Assembly: GCF_009914755.1 (NCBI RefSeq)
Contig: NC_060932.1
Length of the DNA stretch: 64,000 bases
Source: the human T2T-CHM13v2.0 reference genome, Homo sapiens
Reading direction: 5' to 3' (one strand)
Shown piece by piece: positions 13,653 through 27,082 of the stretch. Numbering within the stretch: position 1 is the stretch's first letter; each line of letters begins with the position of its first letter. The translations under genes and the position numbers were made by a program. A model generated the notes under the pieces. It saw only the letters and a list, made by a program, of their open reading frames with translations. It ran no database searches and was not told the DNA's origin.

Positions 13653-15441
13653 TTCAGATTTTATATTTCTTCATAATGCAGCCTTGGTAGGTTGTGTGTG
13701 TCTAAGAATTTATCCTTTTCTTCTAGGTCATCTAATGTGTTGTTAATCAATAATTCATAGTAGAATCTTATAATGCTTTGTATTTCTGTGGTTTCAGTTA
13801 CAATGTCTTTTCTTTCATTTCTGATTTTACTTCTGAGCCTTTACTTCTGATTTTACCCCAAGTCTTCTTTTTTTCTTATTTGGTATAGCTAGAGGATTGT
13901 TGATTTTGTTTATCTTTTCAAAAAACCAACTCTTAGTTTTGTTGATTTTTTGTATTGCTTTTGGAATCTTTATTTTGTTTACTTCTGCTCTGATCTTATT
14001 TCCTTCCCTCTGCTAACATTGGTTTTATTTTTTTCTTTATCTGGTTCCTTTGGGTGTAATGTTACATTGTTTATTTGAGATTTTTCTTCTTTTTTCATGC
14101 AGGCATTTGTTGCTGTAAACATCCCTCTTAGAACTGCTTTTACTGCATTACATATATTTTGCTCTACTGTGTTTCCATTTTCAGTTGTCTCAACATATTT
14201 TAAATTTTTTATTTAAATTTCTTCTTTGACCCATTGGTTGTTCATGTTGTTTAATTTTTATATATTTGTGAATTTTCTGTAATTCCTGCTGCTATTGATT
14301 TCTTAGTTTTATATTGTTGCCAGAAAAGATACTTGATACGATTTTAATTTTCTTAAATTTAAGACTTGTTCTTTCATCTAACATATTATCTATGTGGGAG
14401 GATGATCTGTGTGCACTTGAGAAGAAGGTGTACTGCGCTACTGTTGGATCGAATGTTTTGTATATTTCTGTTAGATTCATTTAGTCTAAAATGTATTCAA
14501 TTCTGATTTATCCTTATTGATTTTATGTCTGGATGATCTGTTTATTGCTAAAAGTGTTGTATTGAAGTCCGGCCTAAGCCTCCCACAGTTCTGGGATTAC
14601 AGGGGTGAGCCACCATGCCTGGCCTGATTCTATTTTTAAATAGCTTTATTGAGAAGTTATTCACATACCATATAATTCACCTACTGAAAGTATACAATTA
14701 AAGGTTGGTAGTATAGTCACAAATATGTACAACTATCACTACATCCAATTTTATTAATTTCTAAAATCGCCAAAGAAATCCAGGACTTCAGCAAAAATGC
14801 GGTGGGCAGCTCTAAATGTGTGACCCATCACAGTAACATTCAAAAAACAAGCAAAAACTGCACAAATTAACTTTGTCAGGGCTCTGGAAAATAATTATTT
14901 CTGGCCACCACATAAATGCTACATGAAGAAAGTGACAACTCTTACATTGTAGAGAAGCTTTCCTGTATCTTTACTTGCTCTGGCTTTGCCCACCCCAGAT
15001 CAGTGGCTGTCTTTGAAGATGGCAGCTCAAGCTACCAGTGTGGGATGCTGGGGTCTGGAGACAGAAGGATCAGGGCAGCGCTTATTCCCCAAAATTGTCA
15101 TTATTTGTTCTAACCTTTCTGTGGACTACCTGAGGAACTGATGCAAGGGCCTTGCCTTTGTTTTGCCTAACTTGGAATGTATTCAAGTGGAAAAGTAGCT
15201 ATGGAAGACCCGCATCAAAAATATTGTAAGGCAGCTGAGTAACCTGATATCATCAAAGGCAAAAGATTCAACTTGAGGAAAGAAAAAAAAACTTTGTCAA
15301 AACACTAGAAGAAAAAGCTTGGAAGAGTGTTTCTTTGAGAAGCTAGAGGATTTGAAATGCCAACCTATGCTGGGAAATCTAGAAAACCACAAGCTCCTAG
15401 GGCAGGACAGATGCTAAGACAGTGTCTAATTATAATCCTCC

Positions 15442-16041
15442 TGGCTGTGTTTACAGGAGTGCCCCGAAAACAGGCCCAAACTGCAAAGACAAAGACAGTG
15501 TTGGCTGTGTTTACAGGAGTGCCCCGAAAACAGGCCCAAACTGCAAAGACAAAGACAGTGTTGGCTGTGTTTACAGGAGTGCCCTGGAAACAGGCCCAAA
15601 CTGCAAAGACAAAGACAGTGTTGGCTGTGTTTACAGGAGTGCCCCGAAAACAGGCCCAAACTGCAAAGACAAAGACAGTGTTGGCTGTGTCTACAGGAGT
15701 GCCCCGAAAACAGGCCCAAACTGCAAAGACAAAGACAGTGTTGGCTGTGTCTACAGGAGTGCCCCGAAAACAGGCCCAAACTGCAAAGACAAAGACAGTG
15801 TTGGCTGTGTCTACAGGAGTGCCCCGAAAACAGGCCCAAACTGCAAAGACAAAGACAGTGTTGGCTGTGTCTACAGGAGTGCCCCGAAAACAGGCCCAAA
15901 CTGCAAAGACAAAGACAGTGTTGGCTGTGTTTACAGGAGTGCCCCGAAAACAGGCCCAAACTGCAAAGACAAAGACAGTGTTGGCTGTGTTTACAGGAGT
16001 GCCCCGAAAACAGGCCCAAACTGCAAAGACAAAGACAGTGT
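15442..16041. repeat. 60-bp minisatellite (VNTR), 10 near-identical copies
   Basis: Unit tggctgtgtYtacaggagtgccccgaaaacaggcccaaactgcaaagacaaagacagtgt repeats in register on consecutive 60-nt lines. Confidence 0.98.
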
Positions 16042-16553
16042 GATTATTTTTCTTGTCTTTTTATTTTTCCCCTCTTTCTTTTCTTTTCTTTTTTTCTTTC
16101 TTTTCTTTTCCTCCTGGTGTTCAAGGAGAAAATCTCTCTCAAATTTGTCAAAACATCAGATTAATGCAAGCTAAAGAAATAGATTCCACTATTGCCTTAT
16201 AATCCTTTGTATTTCTGTGATACAAATAAACAGTAGAAGACCTAGAGAAAACAAATAGAAAAATTATAGAAGTTGTCTTATTTATCAGTAATTGCTTTAC
16301 ATATAAATGGTTCAAACTCTCCATTGAAAAGGCAGAATGGATAAAAATTGTGATCCACTACATGCGGTCTTCAACAGATTCACATCATATCCAAAGATGC
16401 AAATAGGTTGAAAGTGAAAGGTAGAAAAATGGTATTTCATGGGAATAGTAACCAGGGAGCTTGGATGGCTATGCTAATATAAGACAAAATAGTCTTTATG
16501 TAAAAAAGTTACAAAAGACAAAGAAGGTCATTATATATTGATAAAAGAGTTGT

Positions 16554-16891
<338 letters not shown>

Positions 16892-17740
16892 CTAAGCTAT
16901 GGTATAGTTTTTGGTCAAACACTAGTCTGGATTTTGGTGGAAAGGCATTTTTAGGTTTTACCATCATTTAAAGAAGTAGGTTTTGAGTAAAGCAGATTAT
17001 CCTCCAAGTATCCTCCTGCAGGATCCATCCTGTGGTTATCGCCACAATTCAAGCAGAATTGGAATATTCATAGTCAACAACTGGCAGAATCCCCACACTC
17101 GTTCCCTCTTCTATGCAGTGAGAGATATTATAGTGGAAAAGACCAAGTAGAAGCCATTAGAACTGTGTCTACCAAGAAAAATAGCCAAAAGCGTAACATT
17201 CCTAGACGGATGGCAGAGATTAGAGCTACCAGTCAGAACCTGAAAAATGCACAGGTGAAGATTCCTGCCACATCCCCATTCGACTTTCCTGTTTTGCCTG
17301 TGCAGAAGACAGATGAATCTTGGAGAAAAGCAGATTTTTGTAAGATTAACCAAGCCACCACTCCAATTGCAGCTACCGTACCAGAGGTGGTTTCATTGCT
17401 TGAGCAAATGAACGCATGCCCTGGTACATGGTATGTAGCTACTGAGCTGACAAATGCACTTTTCTCCATTCCTACCAGTAACGAACACCAGAAGCAGTTT
17501 GCTTTTAGCTGGCAAGGTTAGCAGTATACCTTCACTGTCCTCCTCAGGGATATATTAACTCTCCAGACTGATTATAATTTAATTTGTAGGCATCTTGTCA
17601 TAATTTACTTTGTAGGGATCACCTTTCCTTTCTGAAAGATACCACACTGATGGATTACATTTATAACATAATGCTAATTAGACCCAGAGAGCAAGACGTA
17701 CCAATTGCTCTAGACTTATTATTAAGACATTTGTGTGAAA

Positions 17741-17920
17741 ACACCCCAGGGCCTGTAGTGGGGTGAGGGGAGGGGGAGGGATAGCATTAGGAGATATACC
17801 TAATGTAAATGATGAGTTAATGGGTGCAGCAAACCAACATGGCACATGTATACATATGTAACAAACCTGCACATTGTGCACATGTACCCTAGAACTTAAA
17901 GCATAATAATTAAAAAAAAA
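17741..17920 (+). mobile_element. 5'-truncated L1PA 3' end (about 180 bp)
   Basis: L1 3' UTR plus poly-A; 17-bp TSD aagacatttgtgtgaaa on both sides. Confidence 0.92.
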
Positions 17921-17944
17921 AGACATTTGTGTGAAAGGGTGCTG

Positions 17945-18337
17945 CTGTGATTTGAATGTGTCCCCTCCAAAATCCAGTTGTTGCCGGTTTGATAGTATTA
18001 AGATATGGGGCCTTTGAGAGATGGTTAGGCAGTGAGGGCTCCACCCTCGTGAATGGGATTAGGTGCCCTTGTAAAGGGGCTTGACAGAGGGGATTTTATC
18101 CCCCTTATGCCCTCCGACTTCTACCATGTGAGGACACATTGTTCCTCCCCTCCAGACGATGCAATGTTCAAGGTGCCGCTTGGAAACAGAGACCCAGCCT
18201 CCACCAGACGCTGACCCTGCTGATGTCCTGATCTTGGACTCTCAGCCACCAGAACTGTGGGAAAATAAATTTCTGTTCTTTATAAGTTACCCAGTCTCTA
18301 GTGTTTTTGTTAAAGTACACAAAATCAACTAAGACAG
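17945..18337 (+). mobile_element. MST/MLT1A-type MaLR solo LTR inside ERVL pol
   Basis: tgctgtgatttgaatgtgtcccctccaaaat ... aaataaatttctgttctttataagttaccca ... actaagaca. Confidence 0.8.
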
Positions 18338-20216
18338 ATGGGAAATAAACCCAACAGAAATTCAGGGCCCTTCTACCTCCATGAAATTTCTAGGAATCCG
18401 GTGGTGTGGGGCATGCCTAAATATCTCTTCTAAGGTGAATTACAAGCTGTAACATCTGGCCCCTCCTGCAATCAAAAAGGAGGTACATTGCCTAGTAGAC
18501 TCTTAGGACTTTCATGGTAACATATTTCTCATCTGAGTATGATCCAGCCCACTTTCTTTTGACCTAAAGTGCTGCTACTTATGAGTGGAACCCAGGACAG
18601 TGGAAGGCTCAGCAACAGGTCCCGGCCACCATGCAAGCTGCTTTGCTAATTGTGCCACATTTTCTAGCAGATCCAACAATAACTGAAGTGTCAGTGGCAG
18701 ATAGGCAAGCTTTCTGGAGCCTTGGTCGGGCCCTGTAGGTTAATCACAGCACAAATCCCTGGAATTGCAGCACAAAGCTCTATCAACCTGTGCTGATAAC
18801 TACTCTCCTTGGAGAAAGAGCTTTTGGCTTGCTCCTGGGTCTTCGTAGAGAATAAACACTTTACCACGGGCCACTAAGTTACCACGTGACTGCCTTTGAT
18901 TCGTGGGGTGTTACATAAGCCACTAAGCCTTAACATACCCAGCAGCACTCTATCAATGAATGGAAGGAGTATGTTCATTTGGCCTCGAGGAGGCCCAGAA
19001 AGCACAAATAGGTTACATGAAGAAGTGGCCCTAATGTCCAGGTTGTCCACAATCCTGCTACACCATCTTCTCTCCCCAGCCTGCACCTATGGCCTTACGT
19101 GGTTACCTGTATTTCGTTGGCAGAGAAAAAGAAAACTAAAGTCAGGTTTAGAGATGGTTCTGCAAGAGATGTCGTTATCGTCCCAAAACAGACAGTCACA
19201 GCAATGCAGTTACTTTCCGAGACGTCCCTGAAGGACAATGGCAGAGGAAAATCCTCCCGGTGGGCAGAACTTTGATCACTAAGCCTGGTTGTTCATTACA
19301 CTTGGAGGGAGAAATGGCCATGCATGCAATCATATACAGATTTATGGGCTTTTGCCAATGATTTCGCTGGGGGGTAAGGATCTAGGAAGCAACACAACTG
19401 TAAAATTGGTGACTAGAGATTTTGAGGAAGAGGTATGTGGATAGATCTCTCTGAATGGGCAAAACATGTGAGGATATTTGTGTCCCATGTGAATGCTTAC
19501 CAAAGCGTGATCTCAGTAGAGGGGGATTTTAATAATCAAGTAGATAGGATGACCTATTTGTGAACACAAACCAGTCACTATCCCCGGCCATGCCTGTCAT
19601 TGCCCAATGTGCTCATGAATTAAGCAGATGTGGGAACAGGGAAGGGGGTTATGCATGCTCAGCAATGTGGTTTTGCACTAATGGTGCCAAGCTGGCTACA
19701 ACTCCTGCTGAGTGCACAATCTGCCAGCAGCATACACCAACAGATAGCTCACAGAATGATACGGCTCCCTGGGGAGATCAGCCAGCAACCTTGTGGCAGG
19801 TCTATTACATCCAGCCTTTTTCATCATGGATGGGAAGCATTTTGTTCCTATTGGGATACATACACACTTTCTTTGGATATGCATTTTTTCTGCATTCAAT
19901 GCTGCGTCAAAACGATATATTTTTATTTCATCTCTTATAACTTTAAATAAAATAAGATGCATTGACTATATCATAGTATTTATTGTACAGAATATCAAGA
20001 AGAATAAACACCACCAAGGGTTTTTGCAGCTTCTTCTGGGGAGAGGATTAGGACAGTTGTATCATGTTAGGTGAAGTATGACCTTGCTTTTATTTTTATT
20101 TGAAAGTTAAGTATGATTTAAGGAGCTGTGTGTGGGAGCCAAGATGAGAAGGAATGGAGTGTGATGGTTGGTTTTAGGTTTCCATCTGGCTAGGCTATGG
20201 TACCCAGTTTCAGTCA

Positions 20217-20600
20217 ATGCATGAGTCTGCTATGGCTGCTGTAACGAAGTGCCATGGATTGAGTGGCTTAAATGACAAACGTTTATCTCTCACAGTTCTG
20301 GATGCTGAGCAGTCCAAGATCGTGGTGCCAGAAGGCTTTGTTTCTCCCGGGCCTCTCTACTTAGACCGTAGATGGCTGTCTTACCTCTGTGTGCTCACGT
20401 GGCCTTTTCTCCATGTATGAGCACTCCCGGTATCTCTTCCTCTTCTAATAAAGACACTAGCCCTATTGGATTGAGGCCCCACACATGTGACCTCACTTAA
20501 TCCTAATTACCTTCTTAAAGGCTCTACCTCCAAAGATAGTCACACTTGGGGCTAGAGCTTCAACATATAAATGAGGAAGGGCACAATTCACTTCATAAAA
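20217..20600 (-). mobile_element. MLT1-type LTR nested in the ERVL 3' LTR
   Basis: gctgctgtaacgaagtgccat...ggcttaaa...tctcacagttctgga ... ttcaacatataaatgagg. Confidence 0.78.
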
Positions 20601-21032
20601 GTCAAAAACCAGTCAAGATGTTGCTGAAAAGAAATTTTTTAGATATGAATAAGATTTAAATCAGTAGACTTTGAGTAAAGTAAATTATACTCCAGAATGA
20701 GGATATGCCTCATCCAAACTAGTAAGTCCTTTAGAGGATGGCTGGAGGTCTCCTGAGGAAGAAGGAATACTGCCTCCAGATGGCCTTTGAATCAAGATCT
20801 CAACGTTAGCTTTTCTCTGCATCTTCATACTACTAGCCTGCCCTGCATATCCTGGACTTACCAGCAGAAACACTCACATGAACTAATTCTGTAAAATAAA
20901 TCCCTCTCTCATCTTGATTCAGTATTTCTGGAGAACTCTGGCTTATTCTAGGGAAGACTCATCAAAAGATATAACAACTGTAGACATATACGTATCAAAC
21001 CACAGAGTCCCAAAATATATTCAGAAAACGTT

Positions 21033-22500
21033 GGGGAGGGAGTTCCAGACGGCCAACTAGAAGCAGCTATTGTGTGCCACTCCCTGGAGAGGAAACAAGG
21101 TAGCCAGTAAACACTAGCTCTTCAAGCTCATCATCTGAGAGACGCTTCCTGATTGGGCCTCAAGCAGGGAACCCACAGAGAACAGAGAGGACTGAAGCTT
21201 GCCCCATGCTAATGCTTACCAAAGTGTGACCTCGATGGAGGACGATTTTAATAATCCAGTAGATAGGACAATCTGTTCGTGAACACCAGCCAGTCACTAT
21301 CCCCAGCCAACCCTGTCCTCACCCAGTGTGCTCATGAATTCAGCAGACATGAGAACAGGGAAGGAGGTTACCGGTATGGAGCCAGGAGAAGCTCCCTAAC
21401 TTGGGGAAAGGCTGAGTGAATGAGAGTCCACAAGGGATCCATACTTCCCTCATGGACCTTTGCAATCCTGGGCATGGGAGAACCTCTCTGATGCCCCAAC
21501 CCCCAGGCCTCCAGACTGACACAGAGAACTAGCTGGAGTTTTGCAGAGGCGCTGTTTAAGCCCACATGGAGCCTCACAGGCCTTGGATCCCCGAACAGCC
21601 TTGTGCCAGCTGCCATAGCCCCAGTAGAGCACACAGCTGTGGTGCCAAGGAATGGCCAGACTGCTGTGCTTCTCCTCACCACGCAAGGCTCAGCTCAGGT
21701 TTCCAGCGCAGTAACCCCATCCCCACCTAAACACTGTCGGGGGCACAGCTCTGTGTTCTCCTGATATGCACCCACACCACAGCCCACGTGATGTCCCCCA
21801 ACCCCCACTGTTCTTTGCCAGGCAAAGCTTACTGGCTTGTGCTTCCAGTACAGTAACCGCACCCCCGCCTGGACACTGTGGTGAGTTGTTCCTCTGTGTT
21901 CCTCTGGGTTAAAACTCCCGGAGTTAACAGACAATGCTTGGCACCTTTGCATGCCCCCAGCAGCGAAGTTTAGCATGCTTGGGTAGGAGGAAAGTGTCAG
22001 CATGCCACATATCCCACAGCCACCAGTCTCCATGGACCCAGCTGAGAGGTCCTGTCCTCCCCAGTGAAAGGTCCGCAGCATAGCTGCCCTGCCCCTGCCT
22101 GAACATTTTATCTGCAGCTCAGAACCTTTCTGAAAACCCAGCCCCTACAGGTCTGTGATCTTCCTTCAGCCTCCCACCACCTAAGCATTCTGCCTGCCCC
22201 TGCCTGAGAGTTTGGCCAGTGACTTGGGGACCATCCTGTCCCCTTCCCTATCACAGCCAGCACCTGAACCCTGAGCCAGCCTGACACAGGTCCAGCCCCT
22301 TTAGGACTCATGCATGCTGTCCAGTGGGCCATCCAGAGGTCTGGGAACTGGGGAGCTACCTACCCCATTCCAACTCTGCTGACACCTGACCACTTCCCCC
22401 AGGGCCTGAGGTCAGACCAACCCTGCCAGCTGACAGCACCACAACCAACATCCGCCCGCACAGGCCCAAGTTAGAGCCTTTACAAGAAGCAGCAGCACTG
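21033..22500 (+). mobile_element. L1 5'-UTR-like region (older L1P/L1M)
   Basis: Starts ggggagggagttccagacggccaactagaagcagct; GC-rich L1 promoter-type sequence. Confidence 0.65.
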
Positions 22501-24499
22501 CCACATGGAGACCAGGGCAGCAGTACTGCCACATTGGGGCACGGGGGGTCACGTTTCAACATGAGATTTGGAAGGACACACATCCAAGCCATATTAACCC
22601 TAAAGGAGACTTGATCCCTCCTTTGACAAACACACTTTGTCAGTTTCCTCTCAGGCCCCCTGGCATCTCTTTTGACCACTTTTGATGGCCATAAGGTGCC
22701 CAAACTGCTCTTCTCGGCCCTGTTCTGTACATCATAAAAAGATAAAACACGACAAAAACAAAACAACTTTCTACCTATTGAGGTCTCCTGGAAAGAAGCT
22801 CTCACAGACCCTGAGCCAGTGACCCTCCATCCCCAGCACCCACCATGCGTGGGTCATGGAAATAGCACCCCACAAGCTCACCCCAGCTACTGAGGACACC
22901 TTTGGACAGATTGGAGCCAAAACTCGGACCTCTGCATATTCCACCTGCAGGAAGTGGAGGCTTTCCCTTTTTCCCAAAGGCATTAACTAAGGGAATGGCA
23001 ATGAGCCATTCATCCAGAGACTACTCAATAGCACTGCCAATCAGCATGAAGTAATGGCATCAGTGGAATGCTGCTGCTTTAGCCAGGGCGTCCTCTATGA
23101 AGAACAAGACCTAAGGGTCAATAACATTGGCCAACCTCTGGCTGTCATCCTAACGCTGGATGTCCAACAAATGTCCCCATCTTCCTTCTTACTACTAATG
23201 GCTGGATTATGTCTAAGAGTTGGCCCCTTCAAGGTAAAGCACTCTGGGAATCTCTTGCCTCACAGATACTCAAAATATAAAACAAAATCACCTGTCTCCA
23301 CATACACTAACACCAGGACACTTCTCCTTAACTTACAAGTTTTACTTATAGTAACCAGAGGACATATATCACTTCTCAAAGTACCCAACTGTCTTGGAAA
23401 AGACAGTCAATAGAACTTTCATTTCCCTGATATGTCCCCCAAATTTAATTTAATTTAATTGATAGAAATATATTCTCCTCAAACAACTCTTTTTCAAATC
23501 CTAGTCTGTGTAACAATTGGTAAATTAGTAAAGTATATGTAAAGATTAGTGGCATTTGTGTGTAACCAAGGAAAAAGAGTGGTTGTGACTGGATCATATT
23601 GTCACATGTCCCTGAAGAACATGGATCATGTCCCTGACATGGATCATACTGTTGTTCCAGGCCCTAACCTCTTCTTACTCCAGGCTGCTTGACTGACTCA
23701 TCTCACACCAAGTTTTAAAAGTTTTCAGTTTCCCTTTCTTATTTGTAAAGGGGCATATGTGTCACCTTCATGTATAGGAAAACTTTTTATGTTGACTCCC
23801 CCATCTTTGTAAATTTTGGATCTTTGTTTGCCAACCCTCCTCATCCCAGGAGGGTTGGCCACCAGACTGGGGGGTGAATTATTTCCTGGGATCCATTAAC
23901 CATGGATTGTACCATGGGGCAGGCATCTGCTCATCCGATACAGGACCCATTTGAGCCCAAACCTTCATCAAATCCAAAAATATAAACAAAAAACTGTTAA
24001 ATGGAATCTGGAGGCTCAGCCCTCCTAATGTGGACCTCAGCACTTGTCCTGCTGGGGCTGTGCTGAGGTCCACGTGCCATTGAGTTTGGCTGATAAAAGC
24101 CTTATGACCAAAAGGCCCCCATGGCTTGACCTTCATTAACCACGCAACTTAGGCTCAGGGCCATTGCAATTGACCAAATTAGTGGGCCTGCCCTAGAGAG
24201 CATTAATGCTGGAGCTCAGCCTCAGGCTCATTATAAAACCATAGAGCTATAAACACAAGACCCACATCAACTCAAGTAGGTATCCACTAAAAAGAAAATG
24301 TTACTTGCACATCCCAGATGGCATCACTCTGGCCCAGGAGAACACCCAGGAGATGACATTGCCTTGCAGGACCTCAACTCAGCTCAAGAACTTGCCATTG
24401 GAGAAGATTTCTCCCCCAACTCAGGACACAACTTCATCCCAGGCTCTAAAATCTCAACTCCCCAGCAATGCCCATGACTGCCTTTCCTAATCTAAAAGT

Positions 24500-24989
24500 G
24501 AAGCAACAAATGAACGCACATAACTCACTCCATTTTTTGTTTAAAGGGCCTTTACTGATTCCTGCACATGGGCGAGGATAATTTTAAAGCATTGAGTTAA
24601 TAATACAAAAACAGCAGTCATGTACTTTTTAAAACTAACTCTGAGATCAAAGGAAAAGCATGTAAACAGTTAACTATGTTTTGTTAAAGATTTACAGGGG
24701 CATTGAGACCTGACCAAGGACAAAGAAGTTTTCAGCCTCCTCGGACCCTTGCTGGCTCCTTGGAGTCTGTGGTCATTGGTCACCTCTCAATCACACCTCC
24801 CTCCTCTTCCTTTTTCCCTTAACTAAAAAGAGCCTAAAATTTGTACTGTATTGAGATGGTCTTGGTGACACTAGTCTGCCGTCTCCTCAGGTTGCTGGCT
24901 GTTGAATACACCTGCTTTTCCTCCCACCAACTCTTGTCTCTGGAGTTTAGTTTTCATGCAGCAAGCAGCCAAGCCTGGGTTCAGCTACA
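24500..24989 (+). mobile_element. ERV1-class LTR (MER34/MER39-like, tentative)
   Basis: TG...CA ends, ctccatttt motif near the 5' end, TATA-like taaaaag, 3' end ctgggttcagctaca. Confidence 0.6.
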
Positions 24990-25084
24990 CTAAGGCATGA
25001 ACTGGACACAGGACATGGATTGCTTTTCTTTCTTTGGTTTTAGCAATTGTAATGAGTTTCTGCAGCTTGCTGACTGCTTAGCCT

Positions 25085-25450
25085 ATCACGTTAGTTTGCT
25101 TTGGCTGCAATAACAAAGTACCCTGGACTGGGTGGCTTAAACAACAGAAAGTTGTTTTTTCACAATTCCAGAGGCTAGAAGACTTAGATGAAGGTGTTCG
25201 GGGGGATGGTTTCTGCTCAAGCTTCTCTTCTTGGTTTATTGACCAAATCACAGAGACACCCTCTGTTTGTGCCTGGGTTCTAATCCCTTTTCCTCCAAGG
25301 ACACCTGTCATATTGGATTAGGGTCTACCTCAATGACCTGGTTTCACATTATTTATCTCTTTAAAGACTCTGTCTTCAAATACAGTAATATTCTGAGGTC
25401 CTGGGCTTAGGATTTCAACACAGAAATTTCTGGGAGACGCAACACATGTA
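25085..25450 (-). mobile_element. MLT1-type LTR
   Basis: ggctgcaataacaaagtaccctggactgggtggcttaaacaacagaaa ... attctgaggtcctgggcttaggatttcaaca. Confidence 0.8.
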
Positions 25451-25887
25451 TAACACCCATGATCCTTATAAAATCCCTGATCTCCAGAACCACCCACACC
25501 CCTACACTCCCGTGCCGAAGAGACACCTGGAAAAGGTTGATGGTCTCTGTGCCACTCTGAAAATTAATGGAGATTATCACTTTCCCCAGAAGGTACTTGT
25601 CTCATATCAACATCTTACCTCCAGGGAAAGGACCACTCACTCTCCAGAAACTTCTCCTACTAATCTTGTCCAGGATTCTACCGTGACCTTCTACGCTGCA
25701 TCTCTAACCATCACAACCACTCTTTTTCCTTGGTTACACAAAAATGCCACTAATCTTTACATATACTTTACTAATTTACCAATTGTTATGCTCCAAAAAC
25801 ATAATTGATCAACCTGCTACCTTGACACAAGCAACACACCAAGTATTATTCTTCAAATATATGTGTAGTTCTCAGGTGTATTGAAAT

Positions 25888-27082
25888 TATGTTGTACAAA
25901 TTCAATGCAATTCCCATCAAAATACCACCATCATTCTTCACAGAACTAGGAAAAACAGTCCTAAAACTCGTATGGAATCAAAAAAGAGCCCCCATAGCCA
26001 AAGCAAGACTAATCAAAAAGAACAAATCTGGAGGCATCACATTACCTTATTTCAAGTTATACTATAAGGCCATAGTCACCAAAACAGCATGGTACTGGTA
26101 TAAAAGTAGGCACATAGACCAAGGAACAGAATAGAGAACCCAGAAATAAACCCAAATAGTTACAGCCAACTGACCTTCAACAAAGCAGACAAAAACATAA
26201 AGTGGGGAAAGGGCATCCTATTCCACAAATGGTGCTGGGATAATTGGCAAGCCACATGTAGGAAAATGAAACTGGATCCTCATCTTTCACCTTACACAAA
26301 AATCAACTCAAGATGGATCAAGGACTTAAATCTAAGACCTGAAACTATACAAATTCCAGAAGATAGCATTGGAAAAACCCTTCTAGACATTGGCTTAGGC
26401 AAGGATTTCATGACCGAGAACCCAAAAGCAAATACAATAAAAACAAAGATAAATAGCTGGGACTTAATTAAACTAAAGAGCTGTTGCACTGCAAAAGGAA
26501 CAGTCAGCAGAGTAAACAGACAACCCACAGAGTGGGAGAAAAGCCTCACAATCTATACATCTGACAAAGGACTAATATCCAGAATGTACAATCAACTCAA
26601 ACAAATTAGCAAGAAACAAACAAACAAACCCATCAAAAAGTGGGCTAAGGACATGAATAGACAGTTCTCAAAAGAAGATAAACAAATAGCCAACAAACAT
26701 ATGAAAACATTCTCAACATCACTAATGATCAGTCAAATGCAAATCAAAACCACAATGTGATACCACCTTACTCCTGCAAGAATGGTCGTAATCAAAAAAT
26801 AAAAATAAGAAAATAGATGTTGGCATGGATGCAATGAACAAGGAACACTTCTAAATACTGGTGGGAATGTAAACTAGTACAGCCACTATGGAAAACAGTG
26901 TGGAGATTTCTTAAAGAACTAAAAGTAGAACTACCATTTGATCCAGCAATCCACCCAGAAGAAAAGAAGTCATTATACAAAAAAGACACTTGCACACGCA
27001 TGTTTATAGCAACACAGTTTGCAAGTGCAAAAACGTGGAACCAACCCAAACACCCATCAATCAACAAGTGGATAAAGAAACT
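25888..27082 (+). mobile_element. L1PB/L1PA ORF2 fragment
   Basis: Peptides [10 protein letters not shown]...[13 protein letters not shown] and [21 protein letters not shown]. Confidence 0.92.

Larger units (their letters stand above)
11950..14570 (-). mobile_element. Continuation of the host old L1 (ORF2 endonuclease/RT remnants)
   Basis: Antisense ORF2 text; peptide LTEIYKTFDPTVAQYTFFSSAH resembles the L1 endonuclease domain. Confidence 0.8.

Noticed and set aside
7493-14570. Similarity between 9.1-10.9 kb and 12.3-14.5 kb suggesting a segmental duplication
   Set aside because: Explained by two different L1 copies covering the same part of ORF2.
15357-16174. Three long overlapping ORFs (228, 250, 197 aa) and a CRISPR-like regular look
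   Set aside because: The ORFs result from a stop-free 60-bp unit. The units are contiguous with no unique spacers, so this is a VNTR and not a CRISPR array.
17165-17521. Reverse-transcriptase-like ORF as a possible domesticated gene
   Set aside because: Fragment of a decayed ERVL pol with stops, frameshifts, and L1 and LTR insertions.
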